Part shown: one piece after another, positions 18,935 through 30,177 of the stretch
Numbering within the stretch: position 1 is the first letter of the stretch
How the letters are laid out: each line of letters starts with the position of its first letter
Source: an uncultured virus (IMG/VR IMGVR_UViG_3300005965_000003)
Taxonomy: Duplodnaviria; Heunggongvirae; Uroviricota; Caudoviricetes
Virus record (IMG/VR): IMGVR_UViG_3300005965_000003
DNA length: 64,000 bases
Reading direction: 5' to 3' (one strand)
Program-made: the position numbers and the translations under genes
Notes under the pieces: model-generated
Seen by the model: only the letters and a program-made list of their open reading frames with translations
Told to the model about the DNA's origin: nothing
Database searches by the model: none

Positions 18935-21696
18935 TAATAACCTCTCTTATTCATTACCAAATTCCGAATCATGTAATGACCGGTGGGATTCATGTTATTT
19001 AAACCTGAAAGGATTTCTTCATAAAAATCAGCAGCTACCTTAACGGTAGCGTCCGCCAGTATAGATGCCATCTTCTTTTGTTGTTCAGCCTGTTCAGCCT
19101 GTTCAGCCTGTTCAGCCTTCTTTTTGTAATATTTCTTGAGATAACCCTTAATTAGGTCTTTTGGCTTTTTCTTTAGATTTTCAAAGGGTATAGGATTACC
19201 TTCTTTATCCGTGTACTTGTAACGATCTAAATTTGCTTTACCCTTATCGGTTAATTTTATACCAAATTTTCTAAGGGCATCATCATTTTGCGCAATAATA
19301 GCCTGTACAAGGCTTTTTGCTTCTTCATCTAAATTGTCCTGTTCTATCGCTTCTAGTTTTTCTTCTATGGGATTCATCTTCTGTGCTTTAGCCTCTTCTT
19401 TTTTCTCTAAATCATAAACTTTATCGAGGATAGTTCTATAGGTATCCGGTCTCAGTGTTCTTTTAAATAACTCCATTATATACGGATTCTTATTCTTAAT
19501 TAATTTGAACATTTTTTCTTTTAGATCTAAGATAAATCTACTGGTATCTTTTACTTCTGCGGCAATAGCATTCACTTTAGAAAGAATAAACTTTTTGGCT
19601 TCGTTAGCGTATTCGTTGGCTTTTTCTTTAATGTAAGCATCAGGGTCGCCCCCTCTTTGCTTAACATTCATAGATTCAGCTTTTAATTTTGTTTCCCAGT
19701 TATTCCCATGCATCAGCTTTACTATATCTTCTAGGATACTTTGAAATTCTTCGGTCTCAAACGCTTTGCTACTAGAGATCTGATTCATTATAATGGGAGC
19801 CCAGATTCTCTCTGCTGTAACTTTTTTCGCACCTACATCTATCTCATCCGATATTATTTTCATAGCCCATTGTATAAAAGGCTTTGAAAAAACAATAGCC
19901 GGACCAGAGAGTTTAGTGACATTATCCGGGTAAGATGAAGCTATAGTTTTTATCAACGGTGATATTTTTGTAGAACCCTGCGACAGAATATAGTTAGAAA
20001 GGTTCTCATAGACATCACCTTCCCAGAAACTTTTAGTCTCTTCTTCAGCTTCCTGCTCAGCTTCCTCAGCTTCCTCATGGTATTTTATAGCAGCCTCTTC
20101 CCATTTATCTTTCTTTTCTAATATCTCAGGCTTATCCTTTGATAGTACAGCGCTAGCTAAATCACCAGGCTCATAAACCTCTTTCCCGTTTATTACTATT
20201 TGACCAGAGAATTCTTTTACCATTTCTCCTAATTTAACATTCCGTATCTTTTGATCTAAATAGTCCGCTGTCATTTTTGTAACTAACTTTTTTATCTCAT
20301 CTGAATCGAGTCCTCTTTCCTTAGTAGTCTCGTATCTATCTTCTTCTAGATTTTTCTTAAAATCTACAAAATCTAGTATCAACTTCTTAGAATTTTTAGG
20401 AATTGGATTTACTTTTACGTTATAGGTTTCTCCTATGGGTAATGCTCCTATTTTTTCAGGAACTTCCATAGTAAAAATTCGATCCTCTTTAATACCGTTA
20501 ATACCATAAATATTAAAGTATAACTTTTTCTTAGCCTTACCTGTAACCTCAGCCTCCTTTAACTTCATGGTAAACTCACCCTCGTCCTCAAGGATGTCTA
20601 TCACTTCCATATCCACTCTATTTTCTGCTACCATGTCAGCCCCATCAATCTGAGACGGGGGGGCGTTTTTAGGTAAGTTTTGCTCTTTTCTAAGTTCTTC
20701 TAATTTTTTATCTCTTGTTTCGGCATCTATCCTGGGAACAAAATACTCCTGTGATTCCGTTATTCTTTCTATTTTCTCCTTATGCCCTTTTTCTCTAAAC
20801 TTTTTTTCCCTGTCTTTGCCAAAAGCAGAGTCAACTATTAATTTCTTTAGACGTAAAGGGTCGCCAATGTTGTAGTAACTTATCATATCTATCAACATAT
20901 CTTGAATTTTTTCTTGTATACGATCAGGATCAAATTTAATATCGGATTGCGATAAATCTGCAGCAACTGTTTTTTCAACCACCATCCCATTGGATAAAAC
21001 GTATTGATCCCCACCTACCGTGAGTCCTGATTTGCTTTTGTTTTTTTCATCTAGTTCCGAGTAGCCATTAACTTTGTCCAAAATTTTATCGTTTATTCTT
21101 TCGTACTTTCTAATTTCTTTCAATACTCCTTTTTCTGCTAGCGCTTCAACGCCCTCTGTGATCGAAGATCCTTTATCTAGATGTACCTCTCCAACATCAT
21201 TTTTATAAAGAGGGACGCCACTATAAAGAGTGTACTTTGTAGGGGAATATTCTGCATTTATCTTTTTGGCTATTTTTTTTGGAATTAAATTTAAGGCTGT
21301 AGCATAAGCCATAGGATAAAATTCCCCGGCTGCATCCACTACACTTTTTGAAAAAGTTTCTTCCTTCTCCCCGCCTGTTTCTGTGTCAAAATGAAGTTCA
21401 TGTACATGGGGACTTAATGTATCAAGAAAGTATTTACCAAACGCCTCCGCCATAGCTTTGTCAGGAGCCTGATAACGATGTTTTCGTTGTTCTTTAAGAA
21501 GACTAGCCGCTGTTTTCCCACTAAAAGCACACGCAAGCTTTATAAATCCTTCTGCTCCAAAGAAAGCCCGGAGCAGATTTATATCGGTAGCTATCATTTC
21601 AGCTTGATGCTGAGCTATCTTTTTATAACCGGATAAAGTGTTGGCTATTAACTTCTGAAAGTTAACCCTATTTTTGTAATTCATTATAAGCTCCAA
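18934..21696 (-). CDS. 920-aa K/E-rich hypothetical protein
   Basis: Long ORF; stop overlaps the next start; AEQ x4 near C-terminus. Confidence 0.75.
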   Translation of the reverse strand: MELIMNYKNRVNFQKLIANTLSGYKKIAQHQAEMIATDINLLRAFFGAEGFIKLACAFSGKTAASLLKEQRKHRYQAPDKAMAEAFGKYFLDTLSPHVHELHFDTETGGEKEETFSKSVVDAAGEFYPMAYATALNLIPKKIAKKINAEYSPTKYTLYSGVPLYKNDVGEVHLDKGSSITEGVEALAEKGVLKEIRKYERINDKILDKVNGYSELDEKNKSKSGLTVGGDQYVLSNGMVVEKTVAADLSQSDIKFDPDRIQEKIQDMLIDMISYYNIGDPLRLKKLIVDSAFGKDREKKFREKGHKEKIERITESQEYFVPRIDAETRDKKLEELRKEQNLPKNAPPSQIDGADMVAENRVDMEVIDILEDEGEFTMKLKEAEVTGKAKKKLYFNIYGINGIKEDRIFTMEVPEKIGALPIGETYNVKVNPIPKNSKKLILDFVDFKKNLEEDRYETTKERGLDSDEIKKLVTKMTADYLDQKIRNVKLGEMVKEFSGQIVINGKEVYEPGDLASAVLSKDKPEILEKKDKWEEAAIKYHEEAEEAEQEAEEETKSFWEGDVYENLSNYILSQGSTKISPLIKTIASSYPDNVTKLSGPAIVFSKPFIQWAMKIISDEIDVGAKKVTAERIWAPIIMNQISSSKAFETEEFQSILEDIVKLMHGNNWETKLKAESMNVKQRGGDPDAYIKEKANEYANEAKKFILSKVNAIAAEVKDTSRFILDLKEKMFKLIKNKNPYIMELFKRTLRPDTYRTILDKVYDLEKKEEAKAQKMNPIEEKLEAIEQDNLDEEAKSLVQAIIAQNDDALRKFGIKLTDKGKANLDRYKYTDKEGNPIPFENLKKKPKDLIKGYLKKYYKKKAEQAEQAEQAEQQKKMASILADATVKVAADFYEEILSGLNNMNPTGHYMIRNLVMNKRGY
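19082..19117. repeat. 9-bp tandem repeat (TGTTCAGCC)x4, in frame
   Basis: Read directly; encodes AEQ repeats on the minus strand. Confidence 0.95.
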
Positions 21697-21764
21697 ATAT
21701 GACTCGAAGAAGAGTAATCTACATAGGATTATTATTAAAAGATAATTAGGTAGGTATATTTAAT

Positions 21765-21801
21765 AAAAAAGGGCACTGTTTTAACCGGCAGCACCCTTTT
21801 T
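21765..21801. terminator. probable intrinsic terminator
   Basis: AAAAAAGGG..CCCTTTTT imperfect hairpin after the stop of 21824..22591. Confidence 0.55.
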
Positions 21802-21823
21802 AACATCTAAATAAAAGAGATCT

Positions 21824-22591
21824 TTATTTGGGTTTTGCGTACTCTCCACCACCCTTAGGGATCTCACCCTTTTTTTCGAGCATCTTACGGTAACTCACAC
21901 CACCTACCAGATGATCACCCTCAAGCTCCTTGGAACCATCCTGGTAAGTAATCAAAGTACTGATATTCCCGTATTGGTCCTTTTCACGTTCTGTATCAAC
22001 AACCGGCTTAGCTTTGGATCCAGGAGCAATACCTTGCTGAGAACGCTGAATATTACGCTCTCTACGTGCGCCTGCCTGCTGCTTTTGTCCCAACTGCTCA
22101 ATTAAACGCTCCATCGCAATAGCACCACTCTTAGGCTCACTCTTCATCAAATCCTTCAATTCTTTCAGAGTGTAAGTCTTTGCGCCGGTTGGAAAATCGA
22201 TAGTGAATTCTTTTTGACCCTTTGGAAGCATATTGAATACACCCTTACCAGCTTCAGCCTGGCTAGTCAGAAGACCTGCCAGCATAGCAGCTAAAGTGGC
22301 CCACTGACGCATTTTACCACCAGCAGCAGCTTCTTTGGGCATATTAGGATTGTAGTACTTCTGGATGATATCCAAAGCATTGTCTAAAGTCAGATTAACC
22401 CCTAATTCCTTAGCAAGCTCCTTGGCCTCTGCCGGAACATCCTGCAAAGCCATCTGCCCCGCAGCCTGCTTCTCAATTGTATTGGCGATTATATCTAACT
22501 GATATGCCTCTTCCATGGCCCCACGCAGCTCACAGGAATCAGCTATTTTCTCAATCTGAGAAACAATTTGCGATGCTATACGAATATCCAT
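21824..22591 (-). CDS. hypothetical protein, probably virion-associated; start reassigned to MDIRIASQ
   Basis: AGGAG RBS before ATG 22591; N-terminal IEKIAD..G..EA..LD.IA segment; one hydrophobic stretch. Confidence 0.7.
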   Translation of the reverse strand: MDIRIASQIVSQIEKIADSCELRGAMEEAYQLDIIANTIEKQAAGQMALQDVPAEAKELAKELGVNLTLDNALDIIQKYYNPNMPKEAAAGGKMRQWATLAAMLAGLLTSQAEAGKGVFNMLPKGQKEFTIDFPTGAKTYTLKELKDLMKSEPKSGAIAMERLIEQLGQKQQAGARRERNIQRSQQGIAPGSKAKPVVDTEREKDQYGNISTLITYQDGSKELEGDHLVGGVSYRKMLEKKGEIPKGGGEYAKPK

Positions 22592-22733
22592 ACTTTCTCC
22601 TTTAAAAAATTGCCTAGAGAAAAAAATAAATATCAAAAGATAATTAGTGTTTAACATAGAGTTTTTAAAAAGTATATTGTATATGAGAGGAAAAATACGG
22701 AATTCGCTCAAATCCAGCAAAAGGAGTCTACTG

Positions 22734-23234
22734 ATGAAAAAGCTCATGAGCATCCTCATAATCAGCCTGGTGGCAGCTAGCATCTCCCAAGCCACCCCTG
22801 CTATAATCAAACAGAAGTACCAGTCAATAAAAAGAGATGATTCCCGCAGAGAAATGAATACTCATTATGTGGGCTCCCTCATCGCTACCGGTCTCGCCTC
22901 CTCTGAAATGGATCTAGAAATCCAAAAGATGGATCCGGCAAAAATAGGTGAAATCGGTAAAAATACCATCACTCTAATTGGAGATGAGGAACACCCCGAA
23001 GAAATCTACAAATTCCGCAAAATACGCTACTATAAGGTAAAACTAGGTGATCAAGAATATTTCATTATGTACATGAAAGCCAAGCGGGACGGTCAAAAAT
23101 ACGAGATCATTGTAGACCTAAATAGTCCCTATAACTATTGTGACCGTATCATCACTATCTATCAGGACCAAAAACCTTATTTGCTCATCCTCTGGATAGA
23201 TACACTGCGCGTAAAAGAAAAAGACAAGATATGA
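22734..23234 (+). CDS. exported protein with signal peptide
   Basis: MKKLMSILIISLVAASISQA; AAGGAG RBS. Confidence 0.7.
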   Translation: MKKLMSILIISLVAASISQATPAIIKQKYQSIKRDDSRREMNTHYVGSLIATGLASSEMDLEIQKMDPAKIGEIGKNTITLIGDEEHPEEIYKFRKIRYYKVKLGDQEYFIMYMKAKRDGQKYEIIVDLNSPYNYCDRIITIYQDQKPYLLILWIDTLRVKEKDKI

Positions 23235-23545
23235 TTAGGTTTTTCAAGCACCAACTCATCCAGTTTCAGTGTGCCAGAATAAGCAAAATTCCTCTGTGCT
23301 GCATAATGTGGTGGATGATAGCTTACCAATGGCTCGTCAGAGATTTTGGAAAAACAGAATACATTCCCGAAGAAAAAAAGTCTCGCAGGCGAGCTATCGC
23401 AGAGATCTATCTGAAAAAAATAGATCTCTCTAAAAAAGACTATCGGTACATTCCCTGCCCCCTGTGTCTGCTCAGAAAAAAGAAAGCTGAAATACTAATT
23501 TGTGACTGTGAAAAAGACTACAAAACCTGTGGTATCATAGCTTGA
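23231..23545 (+). CDS. Cys-rich hypothetical protein
   Basis: IPLCCI and YIPCPLC motifs. Confidence 0.65.
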   Translation: MIRFFKHQLIQFQCARISKIPLCCIMWWMIAYQWLVRDFGKTEYIPEEKKSRRRAIAEIYLKKIDLSKKDYRYIPCPLCLLRKKKAEILICDCEKDYKTCGIIA

Positions 23546-23606
23546 TTTAAAAAAGGTCTTCAAAAAGGTATTTTGGTACTAATACTAACAATGAAGGGAA
23601 ATACTA

Positions 23607-24365
23607 ATGCCTACGACTAAAGTCTCGCTCACAAAAGAACTCGCTGTAAAAGGAAAAGAATTCTCAGAAAACCTGCATATGTGGAATATTGAAGTGTTTA
23701 ATAAATGGCACAATGCAGGGTATCCCTACCTGACTATCCTCATGGCTACCAACCTCAAATGGTCCGGTCACGCTAAAAATAATGACGAGTTCCTGGATGT
23801 AGCTATCCCCTGGTTCGAGTCTAACGACCCCCTCGATCCCCAGATAGTAGCCGACTATAAACAGTACCTGGGAGGAGAAGCCCTCCAAAGAGCTATGTAC
23901 GGTCTCCGGACCCTCAAGAATAACCTCGTGAATATTACACCCGACTTTCGTACATGCGGGACCAAAGAGATTCTCCAGTACCAGGAGCAAGCACTGAGAA
24001 AAGCTATCCGACTCATCGATACTAGCCAAATGAGCGGAGTCGGGGCGTGGCTCTTCCTCGGCATTTTCAAAATTCTCCTCAGCATCGAAACACGACTCTG
24101 GGACGCTCCCAATATTGATTCAGTATGCCTCCCGTCCGGACGAGAGGTAATAAGAGGAATCTACAGACTCCGCTCAGAAGCCCCTGGAAGCTCCAGATTC
24201 GACCTGAACTGGCTCAGCGACGTAGAGCCAGGCCTCAAATGCGGGTACACTACAGAAGCTCTCATACATGATGAGTGTAAGAATATAGCAAAGCAAAATG
24301 ACACTATTGCTATGCATATCAATAGCGCCCTGTATCTTTATGGTAGGAAGGAAATAGATCTCTAA
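23607..24365 (+). CDS. hypothetical protein
   Basis: 252-aa ORF with RBS and upstream promoter-like motif. Confidence 0.7.
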   Translation: MPTTKVSLTKELAVKGKEFSENLHMWNIEVFNKWHNAGYPYLTILMATNLKWSGHAKNNDEFLDVAIPWFESNDPLDPQIVADYKQYLGGEALQRAMYGLRTLKNNLVNITPDFRTCGTKEILQYQEQALRKAIRLIDTSQMSGVGAWLFLGIFKILLSIETRLWDAPNIDSVCLPSGREVIRGIYRLRSEAPGSSRFDLNWLSDVEPGLKCGYTTEALIHDECKNIAKQNDTIAMHINSALYLYGRKEIDL

Positions 24366-24366
24366 C

Positions 24367-26207
24367 ATGGGTGTAGAAAGATACGATATAATAGACGATC
24401 CCGAAGCAGAATGCAGTGAATGCGGAGCCAAAGAAGATCTGGTCAATGACGATGATAAAGTGATCTGCACGGATTGTCTCTTTGAGAAAAAAACCGAGGA
24501 AATCATGAAGGATTATTTAGACTACCACGACATTGAGGAGGATTTAGGATTTTGAAAACACTTCTAAAAGGTATAGCGCTAATGATGCCACTACTACTGA
24601 TTGTAGCTGGAGTGGTGACCTTTCTCTGGACACAGGAAGAAGCTGGCGGGAGAGAAGTATTGTTGTTCCTGGCTCAAGTATGCCTGGTAATGGCTGTTTT
24701 TATGGTATCCCTTTGGCTTTTTTCTGCCGGAGTCAGCACCATAAGATATGCTCTACAAAAAGACAATTATAGCGCATACATCCCCCCACCGACGAAAAGA
24801 AACTCAAAGAACATATGGAAAAATGTCTACCCGGCAGCGAGTGGACTAACATGGTCAACTCCATAATAGGAAAAGGGAAAGAAAATGAACCATGATAGCT
24901 ACTGCAAAGAAACTGCCAGTGCCCAAGAGTGCAGCGACACCCACCACTGCGACCTCTGTAGGAAAGCGTATGAAAAAGGATTTGAGGACGGGTCCGGGGC
25001 CAAAGGAGAAAAAAAAGTTCAGCTTTCCGAAAGATATCTTCTGTGGGCATATCTATGAACAGATCAATGAAAAATACCTCAGAATAGATAGAGAAGTCAT
25101 AGGGGCTTTTTCTTCTGACTATAAGGTTACTGCAGTCACAGAGAAATGCATAAAATGTGGTAAAGAACGAGTATGGGAAAGAAAAATAAGAGTATGTCGA
25201 AAGGAAAATTCTGACTATGAATAATAATGTACGAGAAACAGAATATGATCCAAACGCCCCGATTATTACCATGGGTAACGATATCGATAAAGTCACTATC
25301 TATCCCCATGGTAACAGAGTAGAAATACGAACAAAAATCAATTCTCACCAGGCCATAGATATTACCCCACGACTGAATGTAACAGAAATGGGAATAACCC
25401 CTGAGCTGCGTATCACCAAAAAACATTACATTCCCTTAGAGGATAACCCAGTGTACGCAGAAGACCTCCTGCACGAATTTATTAAGCTCTATGATAAATC
25501 TGCAGGCATAATAGAATATGATTCACCAAGGATAATGAAGTACTTCAGAAACAGGGTAGAGGACTGGAGAAGAAACCGTGAGCTCAAATCAAACAATGAA
25601 AAAATCCAAGAAGGATGATGTAATAGATTTTAACTACCGGAGCAGTCTCCCCGGAATGACTGTCTACCCAGGGGCGTGCGCCCATTTGACAAAGGTCCTA
25701 CGTAATAAAACGTATAAAAAGGGATATGCCATCATTCCTGGTTACTATGTCGGTCAGTTTGTACCAGTAGAATAAACCATGTACAAACCAAAAGGACAAA
25801 AGTATCCCCAAATTTATGTCTTTAGCGGAGGAAATGATATCCTTATAATGCGTAGACACGATGTAGTGAAAGCAACAAAGGAAAACAAAAAAGAAATAGA
25901 ACGCTATAATACGATAGCCACTTGCCTTGATATGAATCAAGAACATTTCCGGAAGTTACTCCGTGAAAGCAGGGAAAAACTTTTAAGCGTCGGATAAGGA
26001 GTAACAATGCCAGTAGCCGTAAACCCAAAATTCAAGGATCACCCAACTATACAAAAATTTGAAGAGTGGGTGAAAAAGCACTATACCGCACAAATAACCC
26101 CCGATAAACCCGAAGGTGTCGATCTCACGAAGGTGTTCTATTACAAAATAGACAATAAGCAATATGGGCCAATACCATACAAAAAAGTTCCTAAAGCCTT
26201 TAAATAG
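24367..26207 (+). other. run of short hypothetical genes (24367, 24552, 24892, 25217, 25779, 26007)
   Basis: Tightly packed + ORFs; CxxC pairs in 24367; two TM segments in 24552. Confidence 0.6.
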
Positions 26208-26294
26208 AGACTAATCTCTATGGAAACAAATCTAAAAATACACAACGAAGATAACTCTTCTTAAAAAAATTAGAAATACTCAGGGAAATACCTA

Positions 26295-26955
26295 ATGCCA
26301 AGAGAAAAAACCAAGGGGCATTGTATACTGTGCGGGAACCGCACAGATATAATCTATAAATCCAAGAAGGCTCCGTATGTCCCCCTGTGTTTTATGTGCC
26401 ACAGGCACGCAAACACGAATCGGCACCAGTTTACTCGTTTCTTCTATGAGAATAATGACCTGCTCAGACAGATAGATACGGTGGTCGTAAACGAAAGTTT
26501 GTTTCTGGACAAAGCGGATGTCATGGACGATCAGCATTGGTGCAAAGAATTGATTGTAAACGGGAGCCTTTTTATTGAGAATAATGCCTGGCTGAAAAGA
26601 TTACCCAAAAAAATTTCTACCACCGTTGATTTCAAGGTCTTTAATTGCTCAGGACTTATGGAAATGCCTGAAGCAATAAGCACGTCAAAAGTATTGACCA
26701 TATGGGATTGCCCGTCAATTACTGACCCGTATGACTGCAGCATGGCTGCTGAATTTATATACTTCCGGGATTGCAAAAACCTTACGAGACTACCTAAAAA
26801 TCTCCACGCTCAATACATCGATATCCACGGATGCCCAAATTTATCCTACATCCCCCCCTCATATCAACGCGGAAATAGGGTGTGAGATAAAACAGATAGA
26901 TAATATACCAGCAGAAAAACTACCCCTGTACCCCTGTACCTCAATAACTTTATAG
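26295..26955 (+). pseudogene. CxxC + LRR-like protein, frameshifted near a C7 run
   Basis: LKRLPKKI, LMEMPEAI, LTRLPKNL repeats; family tail (IDNIPAEKLPLY) lies in another frame after TCCCCCCCT at ~26851. Confidence 0.6.
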
Positions 26956-27013
26956 GGGATGCTAAAAAGTACCTGTTGGAGAAATTACGTAACCGGAAAA
27001 CAACAGCCTGAAT

Positions 27014-27732
27014 ATGAAAAACGGGTACATAAATATCACATTAAATCGTATCAAAGACTCTGGAGAACTCTCCCCCGCCTGCCACTTTTGCGGGGATAGT
27101 GACGAGATCCTGAACCATGGTATTTGCCCCCAGTGCCGGAAGCATACAGCAATCAGCATGTCTAAGCTTAAAGATATGTACAATAAAGGCCTGGGGCCCA
27201 TATTCAGACACGTAAAAGCTATGACGGTAACCGACTCCCTCTACCTGGTCCAGACTATTGTCCCAAATGAACCCATAGTCTGGCCCCATACTCTCCATGT
27301 AATGGGAGAGCTATACTTGGAGGGGAATGGAGCTGTACTGAACCTACCTAAAAAATATGGGTGGCAAAGAGTGTGAAACTATATAACGATGCCGATATCA
27401 ATAATATGCCAGAAGAAATAACCGCCCAAACGGTAATAATCAAAAAACCCTTTATACAAGACTATTTTGATGTGACTATAAACGCCGTAGCACTCTCTAT
27501 AAATGCGGAAAAATTAAATAGCATCTACTGGGGTAATATCCACGTATCTGACCTGATTGAGCTGACCAACTCTAAACACATTACCTCACTGCCGGAAAAC
27601 TTTGAAGGAACGCTCAATGTGTCTCCAGAAGTGGTCAAAACAATACCCAGGCATAAACTACCCCTCTACCTGAACTACCTCTGCGGAGAAGCCAAAGAAG
27701 CCCTTTTAAAAAGACTCAAAGGCATATCATGA
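27014..27732 (+). pseudogene. CxxC + LRR-like protein split by a frameshift near an A6 run
   Basis: ORFs 27014..27376 and 27361..27732 join if one A is added at ~27350 (LPKKIWVAKSV); tail IPRHKLPLY..KRLKG. Confidence 0.55.
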
Positions 27733-28073
27733 ACGAACAGCAAATCCTTGAAGATTACGATAACTGGCTCAAACAATATCACGCAAAAAACGACAGAAAT
27801 AACCAGCGCATTCTCAAAGCCATAAAAGCCGTAAAAGGACAAGAATACCACGATTCCCTGGTGGAAATGCTTGAAGAGAATGAACAACAAGGTGAAATGG
27901 AAATCACCCACCACCCCGAAGGTAAATATCAGGATGAGGATGACTACGGACCTATTAAAGGATGCTGGGTAGACCAGCATATAAACGGAGGATATACAGG
28001 GGATGAATACGCTGGATACGTGTATCTCGAACTCAAACCCAGTAAATACCTAAAGTACTATTATGCTATGTGA
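27729..28073 (+). CDS. hypothetical protein
   Basis: 114-aa ORF; WVDQ..G..GD.YAG. Confidence 0.7.
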   Translation: MNEQQILEDYDNWLKQYHAKNDRNNQRILKAIKAVKGQEYHDSLVEMLEENEQQGEMEITHHPEGKYQDEDDYGPIKGCWVDQHINGGYTGDEYAGYVYLELKPSKYLKYYYAM

Positions 28074-28226
28074 TAATGTCCAAATTATAAAGAAATGCTC
28101 CGTCTGTGACGGGTACGGGGATGTGCCCTCCCTCGAACCCGGAGAAGAACTGGTAGATCAAAAAGGCCCCGCCTGCAAAGGCACCGGCGTAGATCCTCGC
28201 TCAATTAAAAAAGCCGAGAAAGAATC

Positions 28227-28694
28227 ATGACTGGTTTTTTTAAACCCGAAGAAACGACCTTTGATCAATTGGTGATGTATAAAGGTATTAGTCGTAGCTC
28301 ATTCTATAGATTTATGGACTTGTATGAAAAAGATCCTATGATTACTAAGGTACCCGATGGTCTGGGTATGGCCGGAGATATAGACCTCTCAGGACGAAAC
28401 TTTACCCATTACCCCCACGATAAACTCACAGTCCTCGGTAACCTCTCCCTGACTAGCTGTTTGTATCTGGAAAAATTGCCTAAATATCTCTATGTCACAG
28501 AAAATCTGTATCTTAATGATTGCCCAAGCCTCTTTAGCCTGCCTCCCACAATAACCGTCAAAGGCGTACTTTTTTGCGATGCTCAACTCATCGAAGCTAT
28601 ACCCAACAAAGACCTGCCCCTCTATGTGAACTATAAATTCAAACCCGATAGCTTACAGCAACTATACTATAAACGCCTCAAGGAGCAAAAATGA
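28227..28694 (+). CDS. LRR-like repeat protein
   Basis: ITKVPDGL, LTVLGNLSL, LEKLPKYL, LFSLPPTITVKG; tail IPNKDLPLY..KRLK. Confidence 0.75.
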   Translation: MTGFFKPEETTFDQLVMYKGISRSSFYRFMDLYEKDPMITKVPDGLGMAGDIDLSGRNFTHYPHDKLTVLGNLSLTSCLYLEKLPKYLYVTENLYLNDCPSLFSLPPTITVKGVLFCDAQLIEAIPNKDLPLYVNYKFKPDSLQQLYYKRLKEQK

Positions 28695-29158
28695 GTGACA
28701 ATCTCGAAATGAAAATCACCCTGCTGGAAAACAGAATCAGAAAACTCGAAGAAAAATTATATGGAGACGACCCCGGTACAACCATCTCTACCTATGCCAC
28801 CCAATTACTCATGAGAATCTATCTCTGCCCCGTTTTCGACTACGAGAAAAAATGGGTAGACCTCGTGAACCATAAACTCGTTAAACCTTACCAGAGAGTA
28901 CTCGACCTCACAAGCGATAAAGAAGCCTCCACCCAGGAACTCTTTAAATGCTATGCCACAGAATGCATACGCTACCTGAAAAATACCGCAGAAGATACCA
29001 TACTGAAAGAGGCCGCTGAAAAGAAAGAAAACCCCACTCAGCATCTGACTAAAGACCTCTTTAAAGCCTCTATAGACCGGTCTGAAAAAAATATCGAGAT
29101 CTTGGTAGCCAATATCAGCCTCGGGTATCTGCCCCTCAACCTACCCGATATATTCTAA
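28691..29158 (+). CDS. hypothetical protein
   Basis: AAGGAG RBS, 155 aa. Confidence 0.7.
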   Translation: MSDNLEMKITLLENRIRKLEEKLYGDDPGTTISTYATQLLMRIYLCPVFDYEKKWVDLVNHKLVKPYQRVLDLTSDKEASTQELFKCYATECIRYLKNTAEDTILKEAAEKKENPTQHLTKDLFKASIDRSEKNIEILVANISLGYLPLNLPDIF

Positions 29159-29321
29159 CTATAACATTATCTCTTCCACTGAATTCTATGGGATCCTACA
29201 GTCACTATATAGAGGAGATATACAGAATGTAGACTACCTGTGCGTAACCTCTAGATCCTCAGATGATGGCCACGTAGACCTCTCAGTAACAAACCCCGCA
29301 GGCTCCTTTGCTAATCTGCCC

Positions 29322-29609
29322 ATGGATCACCTGAGAATTATAGGAAACCTCCTCTATACAGATCATAAAAATCTCACCCGACTCCCAAAATACCTCGAAG
29401 TCACAGGATACCTGCTTATAGAAAATTCCCCCAAACTTATGTGTATCCCACCAACTATTAAAGTACATGGTAATATATGGTGCGATCCACAAATTATTAC
29501 CAATATACCCGAAACACAATTACCACTCTATATGAACTTTAACTTCGGAGCTAGTGTAATGCGAAAAATCTACCTTAATAGATTGAGAGGCGCTAAATGT
29601 CTAATCTAA
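29322..29609 (+). CDS. LRR-like repeat protein; frame open upstream to ~29165
   Basis: LRIIGNL, LTRLPKYLEVTG, IPPTIKVHG; tail IPETQLPLY..RLRG. Confidence 0.7.
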   Translation: MDHLRIIGNLLYTDHKNLTRLPKYLEVTGYLLIENSPKLMCIPPTIKVHGNIWCDPQIITNIPETQLPLYMNFNFGASVMRKIYLNRLRGAKCLI

Positions 29610-29968
29610 TAGAAATCGCCCTGCTGAAAAGAATAGAACGAAGACTCGCTAACATAGAAGCTATCCTCACGGAACAAGCTCCAACAAAAAATCAAGAGGA
29701 TTCCCCTAAATTACCCTCCTATCCCGAATATATCAGGATAGGAAAGGATCCCGGGGGTGTGTGCCTCAGGTATGAACACGATAACCACTACCATAGAGAC
29801 GCAGGAAACTGGACCGTGTACGTTAAACAAGTATATGATAGATTCTTCATAGATATGGCATTCGATCCACATCTTAATCATCTACACGGTGAAGAAGTAT
29901 TCCCAGTCTCTAAAGAAGAATGGAAAGAAAGTAATAAAGGATACGTGTATAATTCCTTTCTCACATAA
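29597..29968 (+). CDS. hypothetical protein
   Basis: GAGG RBS, 123 aa. Confidence 0.65.
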   Translation: MSNLIEIALLKRIERRLANIEAILTEQAPTKNQEDSPKLPSYPEYIRIGKDPGGVCLRYEHDNHYHRDAGNWTVYVKQVYDRFFIDMAFDPHLNHLHGEEVFPVSKEEWKESNKGYVYNSFLT

Positions 29969-30004
29969 TACCCTTCCCCCATATCGCATTTTTACCCCAG
30001 ACAT

Positions 30005-30039
30005 AAAAAGGACCTTTAGATACCTAAGGGTCCCTTTTT
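30005..30039 (+). terminator. intrinsic terminator
   Basis: AAAAAGGACCTTTAG/CTAAGGGTCCCTTTTT hairpin with T-tract. Confidence 0.65.
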
Positions 30040-30075
30040 GCTTTTTACCCCTCCTTACAAATATTACCCCGGCAT
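30038..30075 (+). repeat. 38-bp direct repeat, copy 1 (copy 2 at 32077-32114)
   Basis: TTGCTTTTTACCCCTCCTTACAAATATTA(C/A)CCCGGCAT, one mismatch. Confidence 0.95.
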
Positions 30076-30177
30076 CATATCCCTGATACAGTCACTAAAT
30101 ACCCCCAAAAAATATCCTATAGTGCTTGAATATACAATTTTAAAAAAGTATATTATGATAAACACGGAGAAGAATCT

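Noticed and set aside
21824..22810. 328-aa version of the ORF
   Set aside because: The extension crosses the divergent promoter region and the opposite gene; the RBS supports ATG 22591.
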